From Chiloscyllium plagiosum (Eukaryota), in assembly GCF_004010195.1 (NCBI RefSeq), contig NC_057752.1, positions 9,744,862 to 9,808,861 of the forward strand: a DNA stretch of 64,000 nucleotides. Direction: 5' to 3'. The notes beneath the pieces were generated by a model. It was not told where the DNA came from, made no database searches, and saw nothing but the letters and a program-made list of their open reading frames with translations. Below, in pieces: positions 12,036 to 26,200 of this stretch; position 1 is the first letter of the stretch; each line of letters opens with the position of its first letter. A program made the translations under genes and the position numbers.

Positions 12036-13673
12036 TGCTTCTAATCACAGAGCAGTGCAGTGCAGGAGACCGCTCAGCCCATTAACTATGTAGTAGCTCT
12101 TTCAATGAACAATCTAAATAGTTCCATTGCCTTGTTCTTTCTCTGTAATCGCTGCAATGTTTTTTTCCAAGTATTTATCCAATTCCCTTGTGAAGGATAC
12201 AGTTGAATATGTATCCACCTACATTTTAATCATAGTCATTCAATGCATGAAAGGCTTTTCCTCATCACCTGATTCTTTCACCTTGAATTGGTGCATTCTG
12301 GCCATCAAACCCTTCAACCACTGGAAACCATTTAAGCCCTTTAGGATTTTAAGCACTCCAGTCTAATCTCCTCTTTGACATCTCTGCTCTTCAGGAGAAC
12401 ATACCCCCAGATTCTTCAGCCTATCCTCATGCCTGGAATCTCTCAACCTCAGCCACTCTCGTAAATCTCTTCTGTACTCTCTCTCCAAAGCCTTCACATT
12501 TCCTTCAAAGTGCGGCACCCAGAATGGGGCAGTATTCCGAATCCACAAAGGACCAAAGGCATCTTTCTGCATTAGAGAAAGACAATTGGTTAGATACCCC
12601 ACAAGCATGGGGCAAGGTGAGGAGGCAGGCTCTCTGTTTACTGCAACAAACACAGGGAATGCTGGAGAAACTCAGCAGGTCTGGTAGCATTTGTGGTTCT
12701 CAATGCATAAAAGTGAGGTGATCTCTTTTTGGGAAGAATGAGGAAAGACAACACAAATTAAGTGGTACAATTTTAAAAGAGAACCAAAGTTCTGAAGAGT
12801 CAAAACTTTACCTCATCCCTCTTTCCATGGGTGCTGCCAGACCTGTGTTTCTCCAGCCTTCTCTGCATTTCTTGAGTTCCAGCATCCACAGTATTTTGCC
12901 TTTGTTTCCTACTACAACCAGTACAGCGATTGAACACGTGCTGTCAGCTTTATTCCACTGGTTTACCAACTGAGCAAACAGACCCAACTGATTTTTTATA
13001 GGGTTTACTATCATTTCTGGCTTTTGAACTCTCTGCCCCGTTTGTCCTATATACTTTATGAACTGCTGTGTTAAGCAGCCTTGCCATCTTCAAACATTTG
13101 TGAATAAGCATTTCTTCCTTCACTGCTTTGAAAATTCTCCCGTTTAATTTGTGTTTTCTCTCCTCTCATTCTTCCTACCAAAATATGTCACCTCACACAT
13201 TTTCCTGCATTGTCTGTCATGTGTCCATTCATCTCACCAGCCTGTCTGTATCCTCTTGAAGATTATTCCTGTCTTTCTCACTGTTTACAATAGTTCCAAG
13301 TTTCATGACATCTGCAAATTTCAAACTCATGCACTGTAACAATAAGTGAAGCTCAGTAAATGTACATCACATATGTCCCAACACTATGTGCTATTATTTA
13401 TTAGTGTTTTCTTTCTAAGTAAATAACCTTTAATATTGTCTTTTGATTATCAGCGTTTAGGGTCATTTTATTTCTTTTAGGTCCTTTTTATTGCTTGCTT
13501 TAGTGGTCTATTTCTTTTTCAGTTTTTTTATTTAAATGTTATAACTTAACAGTTAAGTTTTGCCTTTGATCACAGATTTATTAATTTCTATTTCTTGTAT
13601 TAATCCTTTAGACAGATGTGAAAGAATAAGCACATAATTGAAGGCATTCTTCTTTCTCACCTGTTTCACTCTC

Positions 13674-13701
13674 CTGATGAAGGGCTTTTACCCGAAACGT
13701 C
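13674..13701 (+). ncRNA. Minimal hammerhead ribozyme motif, family 1
   Basis: CUGAUGA-A-GGGC uuuu ACCC-GAAA-CG-UC; one stem II mismatch. Confidence 0.62.
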
Positions 13702-13974
13702 GATTCTCCTGCTCCTCGAATGCTGCCTGACCTTTTCCAACAGCTCACTCTTGACTCACTCACCCAACTGCACCAAGTTCCCAGGCTCAGCAAAGTCCAA
13801 TTTAAAGTCTTCACTTTATCAGCTTATTCTGCTGTGCCCTCTGAGCTCTGATTTCTCAAGTATTTAACATTTAAATACAGTTACAATACAAATTTTTTTA
13901 AAAATGTTATGTTTCGGGAATGTCTGTAAAATTATGGTATAATGAGGGCTGATCTTTCTGGTCTGGTGCCTTAG

Positions 13975-14570
13975 GAGAAAGTGAGGACTGCAGATGCTGG
14001 AGATATGGGTCCGGAGTGGAGGCTGAATTGGAGGCTTGGGACTAGGATAATGTGGGGGGAGGGGAAATTAGGAAGCTGTTGAAATCCACATTATCCCATG
14101 TGGTTGCAGGGTTCCAAGGCGTTATTCCTCAAGGTGTCGGGTGGTAAGGGTTTGGCGGGTGGAGGAGGCCCAGGACCTGCATGTCCTTGACGGAGTGGGA
14201 GGGGGAGTTGAAGTGTTCAGCCTCTGGGCAGTGGGGTTGGTGGGTACAGGTGTCCCAGAGATGTTCTCTGAAACGATCTGCAAGAAGGCATCCTGTCTCC
14301 CCGATGTAGAGGAGACCACACCGGGTGCAACGGATGCAGTAGGTGACATTGGTGGAAGTACAGGTGAATTTCTGACAGATGGGGAAGGATCCCTTGGGGC
14401 TTTGGACGGAGGTGAGGGGAGTGGTGTGGGCGCAGGTTTTGCACTTCCTGCGGTGGCAGGGGAAGGTGCTGGGAGTGGGGTATGGGCTGGTGGGGGGACG
14501 TGGACCTGACAAAGGAGTTGCGGAGGGAATGGTCTCTGCGGAACGCTGATAGGGGTGGGGAGGGAAATAT
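13975..14570 (-). mobile_element. Penelope-like GIY-YIG endonuclease fragment
   Basis: TFPCHRRKCKTC...FTCTSTNVTYCIRCTRCGLLYIGETGCLLADRFREH...HFNSPSH. Confidence 0.88.
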
Positions 14571-16414
14571 ATTGTCTGGTGCCTTGATTGGTATAGGGAC
14601 TGTGACCTACAGATTGATTTACTGTAACAACTGTGCAAGATATTCACACCAGTAGACAATAGTAAGGTTATCTATGATGACTGTGTGGTCTATTAATCTG
14701 TGGTCTCATCAGGAGGGGTTAGGCATGTCATATACTTGCAAACAGTTAAATTTTAAATTATACTCATGGTGGAATAGAATTGGGGGCCTAGAAGACAGCT
14801 AATTAGCATTTCTACTTGGATATCAGGCCTATATGATTCACATTACCATGGGACAGGCTTAAGAAGGGGACAGTCCATCAGAATCTTTTGCAGAATCAGG
14901 TTAGAGGGCTTCTCAAGATATCACTAACACTCAGACCGGTCATTCTGTAAGAATCTGGACGCAGAGAAATCAGATGGAATCACAAGAGTCATAAAATTGT
15001 AAAGCAGAAAAACAGACCCCTTGGTCCAAATTGTTCATGCCAACCAGATATTCTAAATTACTCTAGCCCCATTTGCCAGCATTTTGTCCAGATCCCTCTA
15101 AACCCTTTCTATTGGCAATGAGTCTCTATTGTTCACCACGCAGAACGCAAGTGGGAACTTGCATTCCAATTGAAGAGGAGAATGTTTTGTGAAGACTTTA
15201 AAAAGACTGGAATGTTCACTTAGATTTGATTAGCTGGAGGGATCTTCAAGGTAAATCACACCATGAAAGCCAGTTTGGCAATTAGAGATTACCTAGCTGG
15301 AATAAAGGAAAAGGAAGCAAGTCATTGGAAGCTGAGAATAGCTGTGGACTCATTCCTTGGAGAATAAGGTGTCCACTTAAGGGACAAAGTAAGTATGACA
15401 TGTGATTCTCCTGGTTAGTTACTGGGAATTCAAATATCGTGTTTTTTTTTAAAAAATCAGTTTTTATGGGAATACCGTTGAGTCACTGTTCCAGTTGGAC
15501 AGTTAGTCCCTAGTCTCACACCAAAACAAAAGCAAAAATACTGTGGATATTGGAAGTCTGACATCAACAAAAAGAGCTCAGGAAACTCAGCAGGTCAGGC
15601 AGAATCTGTGGAAAGAAACAGTTAATGTCTCAAGAAGAGGATGTAAAGGAAGAGCTTTTAATGCAATGGAAGTGGGGAAGGAGCAGGAAGAACAAAGGAG
15701 TCACCCACTAATACCCAAACAGTGACCTATTTACAACTGACTAACAGTCAACTGCTACTTGACTGGCAATTTTTAAATTTGAAACTAAGTTCAAATTGCA
15801 GTTTCGTATTTAAAAATATACAATTTCCATACTACTTGCCACTAAATTGCCACTTTTATTAAATTTCCCAGTTTATTGATCCTGATTCAATACTGATGTA
15901 GTGGGAAAGCTGCTGAATGGTATTAATCTAGCCACCAAGTCCTTGGGTGTATCATCTGGGTTCCAGACCCAATTACTTGTCGGCCAGCACTGACAGCCCT
16001 TCGCACTTCGGTACCCAAAGTGTCTTTGGCAACCATCACAGTCAACATGCCAGAAGGTGGACCTGTCCTTTGGTTGTATGTTGGTGGCACCTCTGCTACA
16101 AGTCATTTTTAAAACTTGATGTGGTCGAGGGTGGAAATATATCCATCATGGTTCCACAACTGCAACAAACAAACATCTCTCACTGATCTACAGTATACTG
16201 CAGTGTCTGTCCACATGTTCAATGCTCTTCAAGCATCATGCTTTCAAGCACAAGACATCCAAGACTCTTGATGAAAGCCAGATGTTCATACTGAACTTCC
16301 ACTCAGCATGGCTAGCTCCTCCTCTTTCAATCTGCTTCTCCTAGACATTCAGGGTGTGGAACCCATTGTGCATGTTCCCTTCTGGCTTAATTACAGCTCT
16401 CTCTAGGAACATGT

Positions 16415-17350
16415 TTAGGACTTATACACTTAATGGTAAGGTCCTAGGGAGTGTTGCTGAACAAAGTGACCTTGGAATGCAGGTTCATAGCTCCTTGAAA
16501 GAGTCGCAGGTAAATAGGTTGGTGAAGAAGGCATTTGGTATGCTTTCCTTTATTGATCAGAGCATTGAGTACAGGAGTTGGGAGGTCATGTTGTGGCTGT
16601 ACAGGACATTGGTTAGGCCACTTTTAGAATATTGCATACAATTCTGGTCTCCTTCCTACTGGAAGGACGTTGTGAAACTTGAAAGGGTTTAGAAAAGGAT
16701 GTTGCCAGGGTTGGAGGGCTTGAGCTACAGGGAAAGGTTGAATAGTCTGGGGCTGTTTTCCCTGGAGCGTTGGAGGCAGCATCCATGGAGAGAGAGCAAG
16801 CTAATATTTTGAGTTGGAATGTTGCGTGCAATTCTGGTTTCCCTCCTATCAGAAGGATGTTGTGAAACTTGAAAGGGTTCAGAAAAGATTTACAAGGATG
16901 TTGCTAAGGTCAGAGGATTTGAGCTACAGGAAGAGACTGGGGCTGTTTTCCCTGGAGTGTCGGAGGCTGAGGGGTGACCATATAGAGATTTATAAAATCA
17001 TGAGGGGCAGAGATAAGGTAAACAGACAAAGTCTTTTCCCTGGGGTCGGGGAGTCCAGAACTAGACAGCATTGGTTTAGGGTGAGAGGGGCAAGGTATAA
17101 AAGGGACCTGAGGGACAACTCTTTCATACAGTGGGTGGTACGTGTATGGAATGAGCTGCCAGAGGAAGTGGTGGAGGCTAGTACAATTACAGCATTTAAA
17201 AGGCACCTGGATGGGTATATGAATAGGAAGGATTTAGAGGGATATGGGCCAAGTGCTGGTAAGTGGGACTAGATTGGGTTGGGATATCTGGTCAGCATGG
17301 ACAGGTTGGACCGAAGGGTTTGTTTCTGTACTGTACATCTCTATGACTCT
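16415..17350 (+). mobile_element. Two overlapping CR1 3' fragments in tandem
   Basis: CVQFWSPSY...VVKLERV occurs at ~16630 and again at ~16820; second copy runs to the tail. Confidence 0.88.
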
Positions 17351-18464
17351 GTTTCTGGGCTGGTGCTTGTCATGTGCAAAGAGATGCTGGCAACTTTTTC
17401 CTTGTTGTTGCTCTTTATCTGCTTGCTGCTATGGCAAAGGTATGAAGGCACAAAGAGAAAACCGTAACAAAAGGAGCTGAGCAATGCAATGGCGGTTCTC
17501 CTTCACCTTATATTGAAGGATCAACATAGTGTGCACCTCATGCTGGAAAGGTTAATACAGCCAGGGCATGCAGGATGAAATGGGAAATGTGAGTGGGTTA
17601 TTCCAATTTCAAACTGCCAATTGTATGTCCTGGTAAGATCACTCAATTTTTTTCTGCTCTTGAACACTTTGCTGTGTTGGGCGATAGTGCAGTTTGACTC
17701 AGTGTCCAACTTTTGATCCACCTCTCACAGTGAATGACCTTCTGCTTGGTGGCCCCTTCACTCAGCCCAGTTGAAATGGTAAATCTCATTGAGTTCACTT
17801 ACATCAGATTATTGTGCTATGTCACATCTTTGTCGTTTTGACAACTTTTGCTAGCAGAGGGTGTTCTAGCTATTTTTCTAAATGTTTCTTCTCAGGATTT
17901 TAAACTGTTCACTTCTTAATTTCTCCTTCACCCCCTCCATCCATTTCTCTCCTAAAGATGCTTCTATTGCTGAGTTTGTTCTGTGCCAGTGAAACTTGCT
18001 TCTGTGTCAGCCAAGTGGTGATTTTGCACCTATGTTTGGATAGTAAATACTGGAATGCTAAGATGGACTAACTTAACAAGCCATAGATCCTTTCATCTTC
18101 CTGGTTCAATTCCACACTGAGAATTCATTTACAAGCTGAGTTTCCATCTGTGCTGAGTTGCTAATCTCACATAAGCCATATAATTACTTGTGCAGTTGTA
18201 GTTGTAAATGACCCTGTTTGCTCAGGCACTGTCTCTCTCCCTTTTGAAATTACTGTTATTACTCCCATTACTGCTTCTTAAAAAAAAAGAAATGAAACTA
18301 TTCTTGTTGCAAACTAGCTCCAATTCCTTATTCCTCCCCAGTCCTTGGATGTGCTTTCATCTCCCAAACCCGGTGTTTCAATCAGTTCTTTGATACAACA
18401 GCACTGAAATTGCTCAACTCAAAATCATCCATGGCATTCTCTGTGCCTGTTAATATGATGCACA

Positions 18465-19035
18465 GTTAATGTTGTGGCTGTATAGGTCATTGGTTCGGAC
18501 ACTTTTAGAATATTGCGTGCAATTCTGGTCTCCTTCCTATTGGAAGGATGCTGTGAAACTTGAAAGGGTTCAGAAAAGGACGTTGCCAGGGTTGGAGGAT
18601 TTGAGCTTTAGGGAGAGGCTGAACAGGCTGGGGCTGTTTTCCCTGGAGCGTCGGAGGCTGAGGGGTGACCTTATAGAGGTTTATAAAATCATGAGGGGAA
18701 TGGATAGTAAATAGATAAGGTCTTTTCCCTGGGGTAGGGAATTCCAGAACCAGAGGGCATAGGATAAAGTGAGAGGGAAAGATTTAAAATGGACACAAGG
18801 GGCAATGTTTTCACTCAGAGGGTGGTTGGTGTATGGAATGAGCTGCCAGAGGAAGTGGTGGAGGCTGGTACAATTACAACATTTAAAAGGCATCTGGATG
18901 GGAATATGAATAGGAAGCATTTAGAGAGATATTGGCCAAATGCTGGCAAATGGGACTAGATTAGGTTAGGATATCTGGTCAGCACGGATGAGATGGACTG
19001 AAGGGACTACTTCTGTGCTGTACCACTTTATGACT
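18465..19035 (+). mobile_element. CR1 LINE 3' fragment
   Basis: [12 protein letters not shown]...[23 protein letters not shown] plus tail. Confidence 0.9.
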
Positions 19036-19814
19036 CAGTGGGGCCAACTTAGTAATTGGTGCTATTTGTGTTGAGTATTAATTCAGCCAGAAGATGGAGC
19101 TAATGCTGCAAGTCTACAGCCACTAACAAAATATTCCATTCAGCATTGGTAAACAGATTGTGACAAATGTTTTGTTGTTCTTTGGACAGAAACCGAAGTA
19201 TCAGATAGGAGAGAGAGAAAATCTAAGAAACTGAGTGAGTGATCTAAAATTAAAGATATGGAGCAGAGTTATCATGTCAGAGGAGGAACAGGATGAGGGC
19301 TTGCAATTCCAAACCTTGTGATCCTAAGGTTGAGATCAATCTTTGTATTTGTACATATAAAACTATTATGCTGACTTCCCAAGTGTCTACGGGTTTTTTC
19401 TTCCATATTATTTAGAGTTAGCATGTTTAGAATCACAGAATTGTTACAGTACAGAAAGAGACCACTTGGCCCATCGTGTCTGCAACAGCTCTCCGAAGGA
19501 GCAGCTCATTAATGAACTGGTTGGATCTGGCCTGAGTGCAGTCATGCATACCCATCCACTTTTCCAGTCCAGTTCCACAGGAATCAGTGACTCTCTGCCC
19601 ACCAGCTATACTTTTAACAGGTTCAAAAAGTGTCATCAAGCATGACAATGTCTTGCTTGCAAGACAAAGCTTTTCACTGTGCCTCGGTACACATGACAAT
19701 CAATTCAATTTATTCTTATTCGATTAAAATATATGATTTTAATGTTTACTTGCTATTGTTTGTGTTAGGTTAACTACTATTTTTGTTTCGATTTTTACTG
19801 ATATGATTGGTGGT

Positions 19815-19925
19815 CTACCCCAACCCAGTCTTTCCCATAGGCCCCATTATGTCTATTGCGCGATTTTCTATAACACAAGGTTGCACGAGAACACAACTAC
19901 TGCACTATAGCAGAACAGACTACCT
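19815..19925. mobile_element. Possible Tc1/pogo-type MITE end
   Basis: Terminal motif gcactatagcagaacagactacctta resembles MITE TIRs; partner end not identified. Confidence 0.3.
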
Positions 19926-19964
19926 TACAAATTACATGCAAACGTGTCAAAATCTTGGAATTAT

Positions 19965-20912
19965 CTTTGTCCTTTTTATATAAATGATTTGGATGTGAAC
20001 ACAGGAGGTATGGTTAGTAAGTTTGCAGATGACACCAAAATTGGAGGTGTAGTGGACAGCGAAGAAGGTTACTTCTGAGTACAATGGGATCTTGATCAGA
20101 TGGGCCAATGGGCTGAGGAGTGGCGGATGGAGTTTAATTTAGATAAATGTGAGGTGCTGCATTTTGGAAAGGCAAATCACCACTTATACACTTAATGCGC
20201 GGGTCCTGGGGAGAGTTACCAACCAAGTAAACCATGGGGGCAGATGCATAGCTTCTTGAAAATGGAGTCAATAAGTAGACAGGGTGGTGAAGAAGGCATT
20301 TGGTCCACTTGCCTTCGCTGGTCAGTGCATTGAGTATAGGAGTTACATGCCATGTTGCAGCTGTACAGGACATTGGTAAGTCTACATTTCGAATAGTGTA
20401 CAATTCTAATCACCCTTCTATAAGAAAGATGTTGTTAAACTTGAGAGGATACAGGAAAGATTTACAAGGATGTTACTGGAACTGGAGGGTTTGAGTTCTG
20501 GGAAAGGCTGGAACTTTTTTCCCTGGATCATCGGAGACTATGGGGTGACCTTCATAGTGTTTATAAAACCAGAGAGGCATGGAATAGGTGAATAGCCAAG
20601 GTCTTATTCCTAGGTGGGTGAGTCCAGAACTAGAGGGCATAGGTTCAAGGTGAGAGGGGAAAGATTTAAAAAGGACCTGAGGGATGTTTTTATGCAGAGA
20701 GTGGTGCGTGAATGGAATGAGCTACCAGATGAAGTGGTAGAGGCAGTTACAATTACAACATTTAAAAGGCATCTGGATGGGTATATGAATAGGAAAGCTT
20801 TAGAGGGATATGGACTACATGCTGGCAAATGGGACTAAGTCAGATTGGGATGCCTGGTTGGCATAGACGAGTTGGACTGGAGATTCTGTTCCCATGCTGT
20901 ATAATTCTGACT
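19965..20912 (+). mobile_element. CR1 LINE 3' fragment
   Basis: YINDLD...[13 protein letters not shown]...WNELPDEVVEA plus tail. Confidence 0.9.
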
Positions 20913-22867
20913 ATCCCAACACGAGTGTGTATCTCTGGATGAAAAAGAATGCAAAGGAAATGAAGGGTGAAATATTATAGGGGACTGAATGATGTGGGTT
21001 TGTGGTAGAATTGTACAAGATGTCCATCGAGGTCTAGCTTGACACTTGGAGCAACACACTACATCTTTTAATTCCAGTCATCAACATGAGATTTCTGTTC
21101 AGGAGCAGTAAGTTGCCTGGTAAGGGGGATTATTGTTTGTTAACAGCCTTATTAACTGCACATCTCACCTCATTCATACGCAGCTTCCTTTTGTATCACC
21201 CGCCACTACCGGTGAAAACTACAGACTGATAATTGCTTTAAATAATAAAGAATTTAATGCTTGCTCTTAGAAGGCTCACCAGTGGTATATCTTCCCATTA
21301 TTAAATATGTTGTCAACACATAGACAGTCTACACTCAAAGAATGGCAAGTTGGTCAAGGAAATAAGAGCTGCTAGTACTTAAGAAAGTGTCCTTCCCCAA
21401 GTGGTGAATGTCTACCAGCACTAGTAATAAGCCAGGCCTTTGTTTTTAAATAAAATCCACAGCTGGATACAGGAGGCTTATAACAACAAGTTGATTCTTA
21501 AAAGCCTATGCATTGTAAAGTTGTTACCAACTGCTCTGTTCCTGGCAAGATTGGCTATGATGTGACTTAAGAGCAACAGTGATATCTTCAGGCAAGCTGC
21601 CAGAGTTACATCAGGGCTACGTACTGTTCTTACCACCCCCATAAAAGAAATAAAAACACTGCCATCACATTCCATCCTATAGCTCCTGATGTGCCAGCTG
21701 GATCTCATTTGAGCTGCAGTTTCCTCCAGAGACAGACGTTTTCTAGATTCAGATCAACAAGCTGTCCTTTGGTACAGCTACACTCCCTCTTATTCTAACT
21801 CCCTGTTATAATAGTCCACTTTCTCTCAACACTCAGTATCCATGCTCATAGCAACAAAGCAGTTTCCACTGGCAGATCCACACTTCCTTTCAACCAAAGC
21901 TTGAAATCTTCTGCAGAGCATCCTGCAAGATTAGCAAGCATCCTTTTACGAAGATATTTCCAGTGAGATAATGCTAGAAAAGCTTGTGGACTTCATTTTA
22001 AAACAAATATCCAGGTGTAAAAATGAACACAGTACAACTCTGTTCATCTTAATACCCCTTCATAGTGAGGTCAATCACTCACAAGCTTCATTTATTTTCA
22101 CAAGCCAGAGGTATCTCTCAGACAACCTTGACCTGATTAGATTGTGTTTGTAGACGTGGCATAAGCACAAGTGTCATCTTCCATTGAACTGGCAGGATTA
22201 TTCAGATTGCATTATATATTCTGTATTGCTTCAAATTGTCTCCAAGGGAAAGATCAAGGTTTGAGCAGCAACTCAGCTGGAAACTCATATTACAAGAGCC
22301 TGGCGACAACTTCATATGAACAAGATATAACATAAAGAGATATATTTTACAACTTTAAAATTCTCACCCTTGTTTTCAAGTCTTTCCATGGCCTCGGTGC
22401 AATCTCCTCCAGACCCATTGCCCTCCAAGGTATCTGTACTTAACCTAATTTTGACCACCTACGGGAGGGGGCAGTACCTTCAAACGTCAAGGTCTCAAAC
22501 TCTGGAATGCGCTGTCAACACGTCTCCATCTCGCTTTCCTGCTTTTAAAAACCTACCTCCTTCATCAAGTCTTTGGTCATCTGTCTTAATATTGCCTTAT
22601 GTCAAATTTTGCTTTATAATACTCCTGTGAAACATCTGGGCCAGGTTATTACATTAAAGATGCTATATAAATACAAGTTGTTGTTTCTGTCAATCTTCTC
22701 TTTCTGAAAGCAATGATTTATAAGAGGGTACAATGCGTGGCCAGTCTTTGCATGTGAGCTTAGACAACACTTGATGGGAGCAATCACTGGATTGTGATTA
22801 AGAGTGAGAACCTTGGCTGATTTCTCCCTCCCTGCACTGACCCAGCTCTGTTCCAGCTGAACTTGCT

Positions 22868-23260
22868 CCTGATGCGGTCTCCTCTACATTGGGGAGACTA
22901 GACACCTTCTTGCAGAGCACTTTAGGGAACATCTCCAGGACACCCGCACCAACCAACCCCACCGCCCCGTGGCCCAACATTTCAACTCCCCCTCCCACAC
23001 TGCCAAGGACATGCAGGTCCTGGGCCTCCTCCATCGCCACTCCATCACCACCCGCGCCTGGAGGAAGAACGCCTTATCTTCTGCCTCGGAACACTTCAAC
23101 CCCAGGGCATCAATGTGGGCTCCCAGCCTAATTCCTGATGAAGGGCTCCAGCCCGAAATGTCGATTCTCCTGCTCCTTGGATGCTGCCTGACCTGCTGCG
23201 CTTTTCCAGAAACACACTCTCAACTCTGATCTCCAGCATCTGCAGACCTCACTGTCTTCC
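22868..23260 (+). mobile_element. Penelope-like GIY-YIG fragment with terminal repeat
   Basis: CGLLYIGET...AQHFNSPSHTAKDMQVLGL, then cctgatgaagggctccagcccgaaa terminal repeat. Confidence 0.85.
23135..23162 (+). ncRNA. Minimal hammerhead ribozyme motif, family 1
   Basis: CUGAUGA-A-GGGC ucca GCCC-GAAA-UG-UC; CpG decay in stem III. Confidence 0.58.
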
Positions 23261-26200
23261 AGCTGAAATCAGCTAAGTCAGTAAAGCCTGGGGCCTCAGA
23301 AGTGATAAACGTCTTGCTCTTTAAGGGTTGGTATTACAACATTTACCAAGCTAATGAGGGGCATCCGATATAACATGCTCGTTTTTTTATTTGCTGCACA
23401 TTTTCCCAGTTATTTTCTTGAAAAGAGTTGAAATGATCAAAAGCAGCAATTGTATTGCTAGATTCCTCTGGTGCCATGCATTCACTTTTCCTGTAGTTTT
23501 AATGTGAAGGGAAAAATTTGAAAGCTATCTTGAAAATGTTTATGCTGATACATTGTTGCTGTGGGAATCACTGACATTGCAGCTGAGTTATTGGAGCAGT
23601 GAGTTCAGAAAAATCGCAAGTTGGAGAGGGCAATGTGCTGCTGACACTGCAGAGGTCAGCGTGCTGAAAATCTGAGGCTCAAGTCTTTCCATGTATACAA
23701 CTGTTTTTATCTGGCTGAGTGGTCCAAAAGCAGAGGCACATTTTGCTCAGTATAGGGGAAGATCGAGCAGTGCAGAAAAACGCAGCAACAGGAATAAGCC
23801 ATTCAGTCCCTTGAGCCTGCTCTGTCAATCTGGATCAAATGCAGAGAATTCTCAAGAAACTTAGCAGGTCTGGCAGCATCGGTGGACAGAGAAACAGAGC
23901 TAGTGTTTTGAATCCAGTATGACTCTCCTTCAGGACAGTTCTGAAGAAGTCAAAATGTCAACTCTGTTTCTCTCTCACATGCAGCCAGACCTGCTGAGTT
24001 TCTCCAGCACTCTGTTTGTTTCAGGCTTCTTGCATCCGCAGTATTTTGCTTTGATGTGCTATTGTGAGTCACGGCTGATCATCTACCGTAACACAATTTT
24101 CCTCCAATATCACCATATCCCTTGATATCTTAAATATGTAGAAATCTAGTCATGATGCAACAACTTGCTGTGAAAGCATTGAATTGAAACGTTAACTCTG
24201 TTTCTCTCTCTGTAAATGCTGTCTTAACTAACACACAAAATGCTGGAGAACCTCAGTCTTGAACATACACAATGACTGAGCTTCCGCAGCTCTCTGGTCA
24301 TCCCCTCAGTGAAGAAACCCCTCTTCATTTCATCTGAAATGGCCTGCCCCTGATTCTGATGCAGGGCTCCCTGGCTCTAGACTCCCCAAGCCAGCCAGAG
24401 AAAGCATCCTCCTGGCCCCAATGCTGACACGCCCTGGGAGAGTTCTTGAAGCTTGTCCTAACATGGACATTGAAATAAAGAGAACATTTGTGGATCAAAT
24501 TGCTCCTGTTTCCAGTTATCGTGCTTTCAATCTACGCTCATTTAACTGGTTGTAAATTAAGCATTTTAATTAAGTAATTTTGTTTTGGTTCCCTTGATTT
24601 CATGGATAAACAGTGGTTCAACACAGCATCATGCCTTAAAAGGTCCTGAAATTAATCCCTAGTCTGGGCTGAATTGGCTGATTTCAGCAATAGCACTAGT
24701 CGAAATTCAGGAACTTGCTGTGAAAGCATTGAGGTGAAACACTAACTCCGTTTCTCTCTCTGAAAATGCTGTCTGAACTAATACACAAAATGCTGCAGAA
24801 ACTCAATCGGTCTGGCAGCATCAGAAGAACAGTCATGTCAGATTCAAAATGATAACTCTTTCTTTCTCCAGGGACGCTGCCAGAACTGTTGAATTTCTCC
24901 ATCTTCGGAGACAGAAACAGAGCTATCATTTTAAATCCGATATGAATCTTCTTCAGGAACTGCCAGACCTGCTGAGTTTCTGTGTTTCTCTGTGTTTGTT
25001 TCAGATTTCCAGCATCTATTGTATTTTGCTTTTGTTACTGCCTGACCTTCTGTATATTTCTCGCAGTTACTGTTCTTATTCCAAACTTCCAGTTCCATAG
25101 GATTTTACTTTTGTAAATTGCCCATGTGAGTAGACTAAAGAAATTGGCGGGGAACTTTAGCCTGGTTTCCTGCTCCTACATTCTATCCAGTAAACCCTCC
25201 AAGAAAGTCCATTGGGTAAGGATAGACTTGGACTCTGCTTTAACGCTCTCAACTTTCATGTATCTCGTTAGCTCTCACTGTTTGTATGGAAAAATAGACA
25301 CTTGGATGAAAGACCAGAGAAATACTGGTACCCCTGGAAACTACAAACTAGTGATGGTCATTCATAAGAGATGAGAGATCATCATTGGGCAGGGGAGAAG
25401 ATGAATGACTATTTGTACAAATTGCACATTTTCCTATTTACAGCCCAAATGACATTCACCTGTTGCTTAGACTCTGGTCATATGATGCCCTTGCTGATTG
25501 CAGGAATATTCAAGCCAGTTAGGAGCATACAGAGGCTCAGGAAACTCACCACAAGAAAGCAACTAGAAAATAGAAGAAAAAGACATGAATTATTAATTTT
25601 GACAGAAAGCTACGCCATAATCCACAGAAACGGGTTTTCACGATCATTGTTCTTTCAGCCAGTTCATTCAACAATTCCTCATTGGTTCAACTATTAACAA
25701 AAGGAGCAAAATACATTTTATTTCTGAATGTATTATCAATTATTCTCTCTATCAAAGCGCTGAGTTTTGCTGGGATCCCAACCCAATCTTCGATACCATC
25801 CAATATGTTGTGTAGCACTATCACTGTGTTAAATGGGACACACTTTGAACAAATTGAGCAACTCAAGACTGGGCATCCATGAGACACTGTGGGCCGTCAA
25901 CAGCAGCAGAATTGTACTCCAGCACAATCTGTAACCTCGTGGTCCAGCATATCGGTTTGGAGGGATATGGGCCGGGTGCTGGCAGGTGGGACTAGATTGG
26001 GTTGGGATATCTGGTTGGCATGGACGGGTTTGACCGAAGGGTCTGTTTCTGTGCTGTACATCTCTATGACTCTATATTCTTCATCAACCATTACCATTAA
26101 GTCAGGGGATCAGCCCTGGTTCAATGGAGAGTGCAGGAGCCAGGAGCAGCACAAAGCATACCTAAAAATAAAGTGTCAACCTGGTGAAGCTACCAAATAG

